A DNA stretch of 64,000 nt. Source: Macrostomum hystrix (lineage: Eukaryota; Animalia; Platyhelminthes). The DNA is taken from NCBI GenBank assembly GCA_950097015.1, contig CATNEN010000039.1, positions 20,274,001-20,338,000 on the forward strand. The letters run 5' to 3'. The translations under genes and the position numbers were made by a program. Position 1 is the stretch's first letter. Each line of letters starts with the position of its first letter. Below the pieces are notes generated by a model. It ran no database searches. It was not told the origin of the DNA and saw nothing but the letters and a program-made list of their open reading frames with translations. Below are positions 1 to 13,506 of this stretch, one piece after another.

Positions 1-2692
1 CTCATCTGGTCCTTCTCTTAACTGGTCCTTCTCTCATCTGGTCCTTCTCTTAACTGGTCCTTCTTTCATCTGTTTCTTCTCTTAACTGGTCCTTCTCTCA
101 TCTGGTCCTTCTCTTAACTGGTCCTTCTCTCATCTGGTCCTTCTCTTAACTGGTCCTTCTCTCAACTGGTCCTTCTCTTAACTGGTCCTTCTCTCATCTG
201 GTCCTTCTCTTAACTGGTCCTTCTCTCATCTGGTCCTTCTCTTAACTGGTCCTTCTCTCATCTGGTCCTTCTCTCAACTGGTCCTTCTCTCAACTGGTCC
301 TACTATCATCTGGTCCTTCTCTCATCACGTGCTTCTCTCAACTGGTCCTTCTCTCATCTGGTCCTTCTCTTAACTGGTCCTTCTCTCATCTGGTCCTTCT
401 CTTAACTGGTCCTTCTCTCGACTGGTCCTTCTCTTAACTGGTCCTTCTCTCATCTGGTCCTTCTCTCAACTGGTCCTTCTCTCATCTGTTTCTTCTCTTA
501 ACTGGTCCTTCTCTCATCTGGTCCTTCTCTCATGTTTTTCTTCTCTTAACTGGTCCTTCTCTCATCTGGTCCTTCTCTTAACTGGTCCTTCTCTCAACTG
601 GTCCTTCTCTTATCTGGTCCTTCTCTCAACTGGTCCTTCTCTCAACTGGTCCTTCTCTCATCTGTTTCTTCTCTTAACTCGTCCTTCTCTCATCTGGTCC
701 TTCTCTTAACTGGTCCTTCTCAATATCTGGCCCTTCTCTTATCTGGTCCTTCTCTCAACTGGTCCTTCTCTCAACTGGTCCTTCTCTCATCTGTTTCTTC
801 TCTTAACTGGTCCTTCTCTCATCTGGTCCTTCTCTTAACTGGTCCTTCTCTCATCTGGTCCTTCTCTTAACTGGTCCTTCTTTCATCTGGTCCTTCTCTT
901 AACTGGTCCTTCTCTCATCTGGTCCGTCTCTTAACTGGTCCTTCTCTCATCTGGTCCTTCTCTTAACTGGTCCTTCTCTCAACTGGTCCTTCTCTTAACT
1001 GGTCCTTCTCTCATCTGGTCCTTCTCTTAACTGGTCCTTCTCTCATCTGGTCCTTCTCTTAACTGGTCCTTCTCTCATCTGGTCCTTCTCTTAAAAGGTC
1101 CTTCTCTCATCTGGTCCTTCTCTTAACTGGTCCTTCTCTCATCTGGTCCTTCTCTTAACTGGTCCTTCTCTCATCTGGTCCTTCTCTTAACTGGTCCTTC
1201 TCTCGACTGGTCCTTCTCTTAACTGGTCCTTCTCTCATCTGGTCCTTCTCTTAACTGGTCCTTCTCTCATCTGGTCCTTCTCTCAACTGGTCCTTCTCTC
1301 AACTGGTCCTACTATCATCTGGTCCTTCTCTCATCACGTGCTTCTCTCAACTGGTCCTTCTCTCATCTGGTCCTTCTCTTAACTGGTCCTTCTCTCATCT
1401 GGTCCTTCTCTTAACTGGTCCTTCTCTCGACTGGTCCTTCTCTCATCTGGTCCTTCTCTCATCTGGTCCTTCTCTCAACTGGTCCTTCTCTCATCTGTTT
1501 CTTCTCTTAACTGGTCCTTCTCTCATCTGGTCCTTCTCTCATGTTTTTCTTCTCTTAACTGGTCCTTCTCTCATCTGGTCCTTCTCTTAACTGGTCCTTC
1601 TCTCAACTGGTCCTTCTCTTATCTGGTCCTTCTCTCAACTGGTCCTTCTCTCAACTGGTCCTTCTCTCATCTGTTTCTTCTCTTAACTCGTCCTTCTCTC
1701 ATCTGGTCCTTCTCTTAACTGGTCCTTCTCAATATCTGGCCCTTCTCTTATCTGGTCCTTCTCTCAACTGGTCCTTCTCTCAACTGGTCCTTCTCTCATC
1801 TGTTTCTTCTCTTAACTGGTCCTTCTCTCATCTGGTCCTTCTCTTAACTGGTCCTTCTCTCATCTGGTCCTTCTCTTAACTGGTCCTTCTTTCATCTGGT
1901 CCTTCTCTTAACTGGTCCTTCTCTCATCTGGTCCGTCTCTTAACTGGTCCTTCTCTCATCTGGTCCTTCTCTTAACTGGTCCTTCTCTCAACTGGTCCTT
2001 CTCTTAACTGGTCCTTCTCTCATCTGGTCCTTCTCTTAACTGGTCCTTCTCTCATCTGGTCCTTCTCTTAACTGGTCCTTCTCTCATCTGGTCCTTCTCT
2101 TAACTGGTCCTTCTCTCATCTGGTCCTTCTCTTAACTGGTCCTTCTCTCATCTGTTTCTTCTCTTAACTGGTCCTTCTCTCATCTGGTCCTTCTCTTAAC
2201 TGGCCCTTCTCTCGACTGGTTCTTCTCTTATCTGGTCCTTCTCTCATCTGGTCCTTCTCTCATCTGTTTCTTCTCTTAACTGGTCCTTCTCTCAAATGGT
2301 CCTTCTCTCATCACGTGCTTCTCTCAACTGGCCGTTCTCTCAACTGGTCCTTCTCTCATCACGTGCTTCTCTCAACTGGTCCTTCTCTCATCACTTGCTT
2401 CTCTGAACTGGTCCTTCTCTCATCACTTGCTTCTCTCAACTGGCCCTTCTCTCAACTGGCCCTTCTCTCAACTGGTCCTTCTCTTAACTGGTCCTTCTCT
2501 CAACTGGTCCTACTATCATCTGGTCCTTCTCTCATCACGTGCTTCTCTCAACTGGTCCTTCTCTCATCTGGTCCTTCTCTCAACTGGTCCTTCTCTCAAC
2601 TGGTCCTTCTCTCATCTGGTCCTTCTCTCATCTGGTCCTTCTCTCATCTGGTCCTTCTCTCATCTGGTCCTTCTCTTATCGGGTCCTTCTCT
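1..2692. repeat. 16-bp minisatellite (CATCTGGTCCTTCTCT / TAACTGGTCCTTCTCT), truncated by window start
   Basis: Direct tandem periodicity. The variant block TACTATCATC...ATCACGTG recurs at 301, 1310 and 2511, indicating higher-order duplication. Confidence 0.95.
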
Positions 2693-3214
2693 TTTTCAGC
2701 TCTCCCTGATCCATATGCAATCAAAAAATTTTAAGCATGATTTGTTAGCCTATTTGCATAGCATTTTACTTTTAACTAACGTATAATGAAAGCAATGCCA
2801 AATTTGAGTCTAAATTTGAGCATAGTCCTCGCGGCCTCATAAAGGAATCGTGTGGTTAAGAAAGGGTGGTGAAATCAGAAATGGCAATTAGTATTGTCTC
2901 TCAAAACACAGCTTCTGGTTGCAGAGAAGAATAAGAAATTTAATACAACGGAGGACCTTTTGCCACTGGAAAAATTAGAAGAATTTTTTTTGAGAATTGA
3001 AAAATGGAATGCAATTTTTTGTTCCAGTGGTATCTGTGGCATCAATGGCCTTTTTTAATTAATTTTACTTCCAAGTCTCAATTTCCAACTCACGGCTCAC
3101 TTATATTTTTTCATTTTCCATGGGCTTTTAGTTGGCTGTTGCGTGTTTTTTAATACGCCGTTTTCTGATTTTTAACGTTTAGAGACAAATGACTAGGAAG
3201 AGTAAAACGAACTA

Positions 3215-4506
3215 TGGATCAGAAATAGACTGTGGATTGAGAAATAGACTGTGGATTGAGAAATAGACTGTGGATTGAGACATAGACTCAGGATAAAGAA
3301 ATAGACTCTAGATTAAGAAATAGACTCTGGATTGAGAAATAGACTCTGGATTGAGAAATATAGACTGTGGATTGAGAAATAGACTCTAGATTAAGAAATA
3401 GACTCTGGATTGAGAAATAAAATGTGGATTGAGAAATAGACTCTGGATTGAGAAATAGACTGTGGATTGAGAAATAGACTCTGGATTGAGAAATAGACTC
3501 TGGATTGAGAAATAGACTATGGATTGAGAAATAGGATGGGGATGTAGAAATAGACTCTGGATTAAGAAATAGACTCTGGATTGAGAAATAGACTCTGGAT
3601 TGAGAAATAGACTCTGGATTGAGAAATAGACTGTGGATTGAGAAATAGACTGTGGATTGAGTAATAGACTGCGGATTGAGAAATAGACTGTGGATTGAGA
3701 CATAGACTCTGGATTGAGAAATAGACTGTGGATTGTGAAATAGACTGTGGATTGAGACATAGACTCTGGATTGAGACATAGACTGTGGATTGAGAAATAG
3801 ACTCTGGATTGAGAAATAGACTGTGGATTGAGAAATAGACTGTGGATTGAGTAATAGACTGCGGATTGAGAAATAGACTGTGGATTGAGACATAGACTCT
3901 GGATTGAGAAATAGACTGTGGATTGAGACATAGACTCTGGATTGAGACATAGACTGTGGATTGAGAAATAGACTGTGGATTGAGAAATAGACTGTGGATT
4001 GTGAAATAGACTGTGGATTGAGACATAGACTGTGGATTGTGAAATAGACTCTGGATTGAGACATAGACTGTGGATTGAGAAATAGACTGTGGATTGAGAA
4101 ATAGACTGTGGATTGTGAAATAGACTGTGGATTGAGACATAGACTCTGGATTGAGACATAGACTGTGGATTGAGAAATAGACTATGGATTGAGAAATAGG
4201 ATGGGGATGTAGAAATAGACTCTGGATTAAGAAATAGACTCTGGATTGAGAAATAGACTCTGGATTGAGAAATAGACTCTGGATTGAGAAATAGACTGTG
4301 GATTGAGAAATAGACTGTGGATTGAGTAATAGACTGCGGATTGAGAAATAGACTGTGGATTGAGACATAGACTCTGGATTGAGAAATAGACTGTGGATTG
4401 TGAAATAGACTGTGGATTGAGACATAGACTCTGGATTGAGACATAGACTGTGGATTGAGAAATAGACTGTGGATTGAGAAATAGACTGTGGATTGAGAAA
4501 TAGACT
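3215..4506. repeat. 19-bp minisatellite (GAAATAGACTGTGGATTGA)
   Basis: Tandem periodicity. The variant ATAGGATGGGGATGTAG occurs at about 3531 and 4196, 665 bp (35 units) apart. Confidence 0.95.
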
Positions 4507-4581
4507 TTAGTTCTCATTGTATTACTAGTAGTAGGTTAAATAGAAACGAATGTAGCTATTTATTTCTCTGCAAGTTAATGC

Positions 4582-4676
4582 CTCAGTAAAAAACCCAATA
4601 GTTAGGGTTAGGGTTAGGGTAAGGGTTAGAGTTAAAGTAATTTTTTAAGTTTGCGGTTGGTTTCGCATTTACTGAG
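4582..4676. repeat. Short interstitial (TTAGGG)n run inside a small inverted repeat
   Basis: GTTAGGGTTAGGGTTAGGGTAAGGGTTAGAG at 4601-4631, flanked by CTCAGTAAA (4582) and TTTACTGAG (4668-4676). Confidence 0.6.
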
Positions 4677-4849
4677 TTTTAAGTTTGGCATATTTATTAG
4701 AACGAAAATCTGTAGGATTCGAAAACGACTCGATTTATCGCATGCCAAACAAAACTGGCTTCAATTGCTCAGAAGAAATTAGGTCGATTGAAAGCTGCTC
4801 TCCATGAATGATTATTGAAATCTGCGATTCGTCAGACTTTCAAATGCGG

Positions 4850-5140
4850 TAAAACATCATGCTTTTCATCGCTCCGCAAACATGATTTCGATGCGCTACA
4901 TCGGAATTTTCAATCCGCTGAGTCCTGAGCACACTCACAGATACTGTACGCAGGCACACACTCACGCAGGTGTGTACATCTGCGTACATCTGACTTAAAG
5001 CTTTGCCCTCAAGGGCGTAAATTGCACGACAAGCCACCAAGCCGTCTCGCGGTCCCAAATAAATGTTGCTACGCCGTGGAATCGAGCCAGGGACCTTGGT
5101 GTAAGATGCAAACGGCTTGGGCTGCTCTGCCACTCTCCCC
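4850..5140 (-). mobile_element. tRNA-derived SINE family 1, diverged copy
   Basis: Minus-strand head with A-box TGGCAGAGCAG and B-box GCTCGATTCC. The body matches the copy at 45281-45652. Confidence 0.8.
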
Positions 5141-5739
5141 AAATAATCAAGCTCTGATTCAAACGCATCGACCGCTTGTCACTTATTGGAGAATCCAGCG
5201 TTCATTGCGAGACTAAAATCAAACACAGTAACGATCTATCGATAGTCTCCGCTAAAGATGAAGCAGTTGTTGACATTTTATATTTTGCTGTCATTTCTAC
5301 GTTCTTACCACTTGGACATTTTGTTAAAATCACTATCTTTTGGTCAACCAAGTGCAGTTTGATAAGGGCGTTAAATAACTTAAAATTTTGAGAACATTTA
5401 AATTATTTCAACCCGCGGCGAGGCCACATTCATCAACCCACATTCAATTTAGACGACATAGAGATAAATGAGGCCAGGGAGAGAGGCCAGACCCCTAAGT
5501 ACAGTGAGAGTGTACACTGGCCGATGGTGATAAATTCAGGGCAGATGTACACACGCCATGTGTGTTCAGGGGGTCAAAGGAATAAGAAGAAGTGCCTCTT
5601 CGCTCGTACCAAATGATGCGCATGTCCCACGGCCCCCTAAAAATTACAAAAAACTTTTTCAGTGCAGTTTATCACGATTACCGCAGCAGAAATTAAAAAA
5701 ACTTTACGCCCTAACAAGTTTTTAGGCACTGACGCAGCA

Positions 5740-5930
5740 ATACAGCACAAGGATAAGCATGCAGGCACACACTCACAGGTGTGTACATCTGCCCTGACTT
5801 TCTCCTCGTCAGCCAGTGTACAATATGAGATTGTATCCTTGGAGATTGGCTCTCAAAGGCGTAAACTGGACGACAAGTCTTTCTCTTACGCGGCTGCTCC
5901 CAAAAGTTGCAATGTAGCCTTGAGCTCGTG
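5740..5930 (-). mobile_element. SINE family 1 fragment (an opposite-strand fragment lies at about 5410-5570)
   Basis: Shares CAGGTGTGTACATCTGCCCTGACTTTCTC with the copy at 45281-45652. Confidence 0.7.
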
Positions 5931-7309
5931 GTTTTGTTTCGAATCGCCTTGAAAAAAATGTTAATAGAATTTTTGCGAGATTTTTGCGATCAAATATTGA
6001 ACTTAGGGTTTTTATTGTTGTCATTAACGTAAATTGACATGTGAGACAATGAGGTGCGAACATAAAACATTAAAATGCCAAACCCTAATACAATTAGGGT
6101 AAAAGTGTGATTCTATTCTTTACATTACTCTACTCCGAATACGGGGTAGCCCACAAACAGCACTCACACTAAAAGTACTCTAAGAATCGGAGTAATATAC
6201 ATTACAGCTCACACACAGTCTAGGGATTATAGGAAGATATTGAAGACGTCATTAGATCAATGGAAGCTCTAGGAGTTGGTTCTGGTGAAGAGGCAGCAAT
6301 TTCCCTGATTGAATAGCAAAAACTGTCTGTCTGTCCGTCCGTCAGGTCCGCCGCATCCTATTCACTGATTCAGAGGCAAACATGCCCTTCTCTAATCAAA
6401 ATTTCTAATCCTATTCATTTCTCTGTCTGATCCCGCTGTAGAGAGACTCCGAACTGCAATGACCAAACGGGAATTACAGCGATTTTTTCATAAAAGAAAT
6501 CGAACAAAATAACGGGGTTCTCGTTTGCAAAGTTCGAGGAAAAAAGTTTAAATTAGAATTGTCTTCCAAGTCGGAAGCAATTCCGTAGGGACTTCGGCCA
6601 GACTAACTTTTTTCCGTTTGTCAAGCAAGATCCCAGAGGGAATTCCCCCCCCGTCAGAAAATTTGCATGAGAACGAAAAATAGCCGAGAACTATATAGCA
6701 GAGCGCATGCACAACAAGTAGTTCAGGAAGCTTCACTTGAACCTTAATTTATCCCTAGTTTGTGGGAAATGCAATTCGGAGAACTAAGAATAGACGGTAT
6801 CAGGGAGGTGGGCATTCGGTGCACCAGTTGCTGTTGGTTGGCCCCATCAAGGCAGTTTTACTCGCTTCTCAAGCCTCTTCATGAACAAATTGATTTATTT
6901 ATATTTCTCTGCTTTCGGATTTCACGTTTCTGCAGAGAAGCGAAAGAATAAGTGGAAATCTAGTTTCTATCGGTTTAACTATTCCCAGTTGGGAGTTCCA
7001 AAAATTGTGCTTGACTAGCTAAAGTACATTACGAGTTGATTGTTTACTAAGAGCTGACTGAGATTCACTTTCAGTTATGGTTAGCCCGCTTGATAAGTGG
7101 CTTGAGTAGTCTAACCTCAATTATTCAAATTAGCAGCTGACATATTGATTTAATCTATTTAATAAATGGAATTTCGAATAAAATAAATTTTCACTTCTTT
7201 TTTCCTTATTAATTTTCTCCCTTCTACTCTATTCTAGCACTGCCTTTCTCCTCTGTCCATTTATTCGATTTCTGTTTTATCTTTAATCTCCGCTAACTGA
7301 CCTCAATTG

Positions 7310-10300
7310 TTTCTCCCTATCTCCCTATCTCTTTCTCGTATTTCCTCTCTCCTCTCTGCTTTCTGCTCTCCTCTCATTTCTGTCCTCTTCTCTCCCCTAT
7401 CTTCTGTCCTCTCCTCTCATTTCTGTCCTCTTCTCTCCCCTATCTTCTGTCCTCTCCTCTCATTTCTGTCCTCTTCTCTCCCCTGTCTTCTGTCCTCTCC
7501 TCTCCCCTATCTTCTGTCCTCTCCTCTCATTTCTGTCCTCTTCTCTCCCCTATCTTCTGTCCTCTCCTCTCCCCTATCTTCTGTCCTCTCCTCTCCCCTA
7601 TCTTCTGTCCTCTCCTCTCATTTCTGTCCTCTTCTCTCCCCTATCTTCTGTCCTCTCCTCTCCCCTATCTTCTGTCCTCTCCTCTCCCCTATCTTCTGTC
7701 CTCTCCTCTCCCCTATCTTCTGTCCTCTTCTCTCCCCTATCTTCTGTCCTCTCCTCTCATTTCTGTCCTCTTCTCTCCCCTATCTTCTGTCCTCTCCTCT
7801 CGTTTCTGTCCTCTCCTCTCCCCTATCTTCTGTCCTCTCCTCTCCCCTATCTTCTGTCCTCTCCTCTCCCCTATCTTCTGTCCTCTCCTCTCCCCTATCT
7901 TCTGTCCTCTCCTCTCCCCTGTCCTCTGTTCTCTCCCCTATCTTCTGTCCTCTTCTCTCCCCTATCTTCTGTCCTCTCCTCTCATTTCTGTCCTCTTCTC
8001 TCCCCTATCTTCTGTCCTCTCCTCTCATTTCTGTCCTCTTCTCTCCCCTATCTTCTGTCCTCTCCTCTCACCTATCTTCTGTCCTCTCCTCTCATTTCTG
8101 TCCTCTTCTCTCCCCTATCTTCTGTCCTCTCCTCTCCCCTATCTTCTGTCCTCTCCTCTCCCCTATCTTCTGTCCTCTCCTCTCCCCTATCTTCTGTCCT
8201 CTTCTCTCCCCTATCTTCTGTCCTCTCCTCTCATTTCTGTCCTCTTCTCTCCCCTATCTTCTGTCCTCTCCTCTCGTTTCTGTCCTCTTCTCTCCCCTAT
8301 CTTCTGTCCTCTCCTCTCCCCTATCTTCTGTCCTCTCCTCTCTCCTATCTTCTGTCCTCTTCTCTCCCCTATCTTCTGTCCTCTCCTCTCCCCTATCTTC
8401 TGTCCTCTCCTCTCCCCTATCTTCTGTCCTCTCCTCTCCCCTGTCCTCTGTTCTCTCCCCTATCTTCTGTCCTCTTCTCTCCCCTATCTTCTGTCCTCTC
8501 CTCTCATTTCTGTCCTCTTCTCTCCCCTATCTTCTGTCCTCTCCTCTCATTTCTGTCCTCTTCTCTCCCCTATCTTCTGTCCTCTCCTCTCCCCTATCTT
8601 CTGTCCTCTCCTCTCATTTCTGTCCTCTTCTCTCCCCTATCTTCTGTCCTCTCCTCTCCCCTATCTTCTGTCCTCTCCTCTCCCCTATCTTCTGTCCTCT
8701 CCTCTCCCCTATCTTCTGTCCTCTTCTCTCCCCTATCTTCTGTCCTCTCCTCTCCCCTATCTTCTGTCCTCTCCTCTCCCCTATCTTCTGTCCTCTCCTC
8801 TCCCCTGTCCTCTGTTCTCTCCCCTATCTTCTGTCCTCTTCTCTCCCCTATCTTCTGTCCTCTCCTCTCATTTCTGTCCTCTTCTCTCCCCTATCTTCTG
8901 TCCTCTCCTCTCATTTCTGTCCTCTTCTCTCCCCTATCTTCTGTCCTCTTCTCTCCCCTATCTTCTGTCCTCTCCTCTCCCCTATCTTCTGTCCTCTCCT
9001 CTCCCCTGTCCTCTGTTCTCTCCCCTATCTTCTGTCCTCTCCTCTCCCCTATCTTCTGTCCTCTCCTCTCCCCTATCTTCTGTCCTCTCCTCTCCCCTAT
9101 CTTCTGTCCTCTTCTCTCCCCTATCTTCTGTCCTCTCCTCTCCCCTATCTTCTGTCCTCTCCTCTCTCCTATCTTCTGTCCTCTTCTCTCCCCTATCTTC
9201 TGTCCTCTCCTCTCCCCTATCTTCTGTCCTCTCCTCTCCCCTATCTTCTGTCCTCTCCTCTCTCCTATCTTCTGTCCTCTTCTCTCCCCTATCTTCTGTC
9301 CTCTCCTCTCCCCTATCTTCTGTCCTCTCCTCTCCCCTATCTTCTGTCCTCTCCTCTCCCCTGTCCTCTGTTCTCTCCCCTATCTTCTGTCCTCTCCTCT
9401 CATTTCTGTCCTCTTCTCTCCCCTATCTTCTGTCCTCTCCTCTCCCCTATCTTCTGTCCTCTCCTCTCCCCTATCTTCTGTCCTCTCCTCTCTCCTATCT
9501 TCTGTCCTCTTCTCTCCCCTATCTTCTGTCCTCTCCTCTCCCCTATCTTCTGTCCTCTCCTCTCCCCTATCTTCTGTCCTCTCCTCTCCCCTGTCCTCTG
9601 TTCTCTCCCCTATCTTCTGTCCTCTTCTCTCCCCTATCTTCTGTCCTCTCCTCTCATTTCTGTCCTCTTCTCTCCCCTATCTTCTGTCCTCTCCTCTCAT
9701 TTCTGTCCTCTTCTCTCCCCTATCTTCTGTCCTCTCCTCTCCCCTATCTTCTGTCCTCTCCTCTCATTTCTGTCCTCTTCTCTCCCCTATCTTCTGTCCT
9801 CTCCTCTCCCCTATCTTCTGTCCTCTTCTCTCCCCTATCTTCTGTCCTCTCCTCTCCCCTATCTTCTGTCCTTTTCTCTCCCCTATCTTCTGTCCTCTCC
9901 TCTCATTTCTGTCCTCTTCTCTCCCCTATCTTCTGTCCTCTCCTCTCGTTTCTGTCCTCTTCTCTCCCCTATCTTCTGTCCTCTCCTCTCCCCTATCTTC
10001 TGTCCTCTCCTCTCTCCTATCTTCTGTCCTCTTCTCTCCCCTATCTTCTGTCCTCTCCTCTCCCCTATCTTCTGTCCTCTCCTCTCCCCTATCTTCTGTC
10101 CTCTCCTCTCCCCTGTCCTCTGTTCTCTCCCCTATCTTCTGTCCTCTCCTCTCATTTCTGTCCTCTTCTCTCATTTCTGTCCTCTTCTCTCCCCTATCTT
10201 CTGTCCTCTTCTCTCCCCTATCTTCCGTCCTCTCCTCTCCCCTATCTTCTGTCCTCTCCTCTCCCCTGTCCTCTGTTCTCTCCCCTATCTTCTGTCCTCT

Positions 10301-13215
10301 CCTCTCCCCTATCTTCTGTCCTCTCCTCTCCCCTATCTTCTGTCCTCTCCTCTCCCCTATCTTCTGTCCTCTTCTCTCCCCTATCTTCTGTCCTCTCCTC
10401 TCATTTCTGTCCTCTTCTCTCCCCTATCTTCTGTCCTCTCCTCTCATTTCTGTCCTCTTCTCTCCCCTATCTTCTGTCCTCTTCTCTCCCCTATCTTCTG
10501 TCCTCTCCTCTCCCCTATCTTCTGTCCTCTCCTCTCCCCTGTCCTCTGTTCTCTCCCCTATCTTCTGTCCTCTCCTCTCCCCTATCTTCTGTCCTCTCCT
10601 CTCCCCTATCTTCTGTCCTCTCCTCTCCCCTATCTTCTGTCCTCTTCTCTCCCCTATCTTCTGTCCTCTCCTCTCCCCTATCTTCTGTCCTCTCCTCTCT
10701 CCTATCTTCTGTCCTCTTCTCTCCCCTATCTTCTGTCCTCTCCTCTCCCCTATCTTCTGTCCTCTCCTCTCCCCTATCTTCTGTCCTCTCCTCTCTCCTA
10801 TCTTCTGTCCTCTTCTCTCCCCTATCTTCTGTCCTCTCCTCTCCCCTATCTTCTGTCCTCTCCTCTCCCCTATCTTCTGTCCTCTCCTCTCCCCTGTCCT
10901 CTGTTCTCTCCCCTATCTTCTGTCCTCTCCTCTCATTTCTGTCCTCTTCTCTCCCCTATCTTCTGTCCTCTCCTCTCCCCTATCTTCTGTCCTCTCCTCT
11001 CCCCTATCTTCTGTCCTCTCCTCTCTCCTATCTTCTGTCCTCTTCTCTCCCCTATCTTCTGTCCTCTCCTCTCCCCTATCTTCTGTCCTCTCCTCTCCCC
11101 TATCTTCTGTCCTCTCCTCTCCCCTGTCCTCTGTTCTCTCCCCTATCTTCTGTCCTCTTCTCTCCCCTATCTTCTGTCCTCTCCTCTCATTTCTGTCCTC
11201 TTCTCTCCCCTATCTTCTGTCCTCTCCTCTCATTTCTGTCCTCTTCTCTCCCCTATCTTCTGTCCTCTCCTCTCCCCTATCTTCTGTCCTCTCCTCTCAT
11301 TTCTGTCCTCTTCTCTCCCCTATCTTCTGTCCTCTCCTCTCCCCTATCTTCTGTCCTCTTCTCTCCCCTATCTTCTGTCCTCTCCTCTCCCCTATCTTCT
11401 GTCCTTTTCTCTCCCCTATCTTCTGTCCTCTCCTCTCATTTCTGTCCTCTTCTCTCCCCTATCTTCTGTCCTCTCCTCTCGTTTCTGTCCTCTTCTCTCC
11501 CCTATCTTCTGTCCTCTCCTCTCCCCTATCTTCTGTCCTCTCCTCTCTCCTATCTTCTGTCCTCTTCTCTCCCCTATCTTCTGTCCTCTCCTCTCCCCTA
11601 TCTTCTGTCCTCTCCTCTCCCCTATCTTCTGTCCTCTCCTCTCCCCTGTCCTCTGTTCTCTCCCCTATCTTCTGTCCTCTCCTCTCATTTCTGTCCTCTT
11701 CTCTCATTTCTGTCCTCTTCTCTCCCCTATCTTCTGTCCTCTTCTCTCCCCTATCTTCCGTCCTCTCCTCTCCCCTATCTTCTGTCCTCTCCTCTCCCCT
11801 GTCCTCTGTTCTCTCCCCTATCTTCTGTCCTCTCCTCTCCCCTATCTTCTGTCCTCTCCTCTCCCCTATCTTCTGTCCTCTCCTCTCCCCTATCTTCTGT
11901 CCTCTTCTCTCCCCTATCTTCTGTCCTCTCCTCTCCCCTATCTTCTGTCCTCTCCTCTCTCCTATCTTCTGTCCTCTTCTCTCCCCTATCTTCTGTCCTC
12001 TCCTCTCCCCTATCTTCTGTCCTCTCCTCTCCCCTATCTTCTGTCCTCTCCTCTCCCCTATCTTCTGTCCTCTTCTCTCCCCTATCTTCTGTCCTCTCCT
12101 CTCATTTCTGTCCTCTTCTCTCCCCTATCTTCTGTCCTCTCCTCTCCCCTATCTTCTGTCCTCTCCTCTCTCCTATCTTCTGTCCTCTTCTCTCCCCTAT
12201 CTTCTGTCCTCTCCTCTCCCCTATCTTCTGTCCTCTCCTCTCCCCTATCTTCTGTCCTCTCCTCTCATTTCTGTCCTCTTCTCTCCCCTATCTTCTGTCC
12301 TCTCCTCTCATTTCTGTCCTCTTCTCTCCCCTATCTTCTGTCCTCTTCTCTCCCCTATCTTCTGTCCTCTCCTCTCCCCTATCTTCTGTCCTCTCCTCTC
12401 CCCTGTCCTCTGTTCTCTCCCCTATCTTCTGTCCTCTCCTCTCCCCTATCTTCTGTCCTCTTCTCTCCCCTATCTTCTGTCCTCTCCTCTCCCCTATCTT
12501 CTGTCCTCTCCTCTCCCCTGTCCTCTGTTCTCTCCCCTATCTTCTGTCCTCTCCTCTCCCCTATCTTCTGTCCTCTCCTCTCCCCTGTCCTCTGTTCTCT
12601 CCCCTATCTTCTGTCCTCTCCTCTCCCCTATCTTCTGTCCTCTCCTCTCCCCTATCTTCTGTCCTCTCCTCTCCCCTATCTTCTGTCCTCTTCTCTCCCC
12701 TATCTTCTGTCCTCTCCTCTCCCCTATCTTCTGTCCTCTTCTCTCCCCTATCTTCTGTCCTCTCCTCTCCCCTATCTTCTGTCCTCTCCTCTCTCCTATC
12801 TTCTGTCCTCTTCTCTCCCCTATCTTCTGTCCTCTCCTCTCCCCTATCTTCTGTCCTCTCCTCTCCCCTATCTTCTGTCCTCTCCTCTCCCCTGTCCTCT
12901 GTTCTCTCCCCTATCTTCTGTCCTCTCCTCTCATTTCTGTCCTCTTCTCTCCCCTATCTTCTGTCCTCTTCTCTCCCCTATCTTCTGTCCTCTCCTCTCC
13001 CCTATCTTCTGTCCTCTCCTCTCCCCTGTCCTCTGTTCTCTCCCCTATCTTCTGTCCTCTCCTCTCCCCTATCTTCTGTCCTCTCCTCTCCCCTATCTTC
13101 TGTCCTCTCCTCTCCCCTATCTTCTGTCCTCTCCTCTCCCCTATCTTCTGTCCTCTCTTCTCTCCTCTCCTTTCTCTTCTGTCTTCTCCTTTGTTTTCTG
13201 CTCTCTCCTCTCTCT
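7310..13215. repeat. 24-bp polypyrimidine satellite (CCTATCTTCTGTCCTCTCCTCTCC) with a 1533-bp higher-order duplication
   Basis: About 5.9 kb tandem array. Rare variants (CTTTTCTCTC, TCTTCCGTCC) recur 1533 bp apart, and the ORFs at 9926 and 11459 are identical. Confidence 0.97.
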
Positions 13216-13292
13216 TTGGAACCCCTATCCTCTCTCCGCTATGAATCTTCTCAATGTTCTTTCTTATGGAGAATTCGGGACTTGGAGTGGTT

Positions 13293-13506
13293 AGGGTGTG
13301 TAGCCTAGTGGTTTGAGCGTATAGGACTCACGACTTAAAGGTAGCGGCTCGATTTCCGATTCAACTATTCAACTTGTGCCCTTAAACAAGACACTTAATT
13401 CTGAATTGCTTCAGTTCACCAAGCTTTTAAATGTGTACCAGCATTAGCTGGGGTTATTGAGGGTGGGTGTGGCGCCCCCAGTCCATGGACTGAACAGCCG
13501 TACGCC
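13293..13506 (+). mobile_element. tRNA-derived SINE family 2 with CORE-like central domain
   Basis: A-box TAGCCTAGTGG, B-box GCTCGATTTCC, then TTGTGCCCTTAAACAAGACACTTAA. A second copy lies at 36780-37024. Confidence 0.8.

Noticed and set aside
2315-4517. Repeat ORFs in the 16- and 19-bp arrays (likewise at 14087, 27181, 28360 and 30932)
   Set aside because: They are translations of tandem-repeat or low-complexity DNA; most unit lengths are not multiples of three and none shows domain content.
7307-13294. 1995-aa ORF
   Set aside because: It is the translation of a stop-free pyrimidine satellite, starts at TTG and has no domain content.
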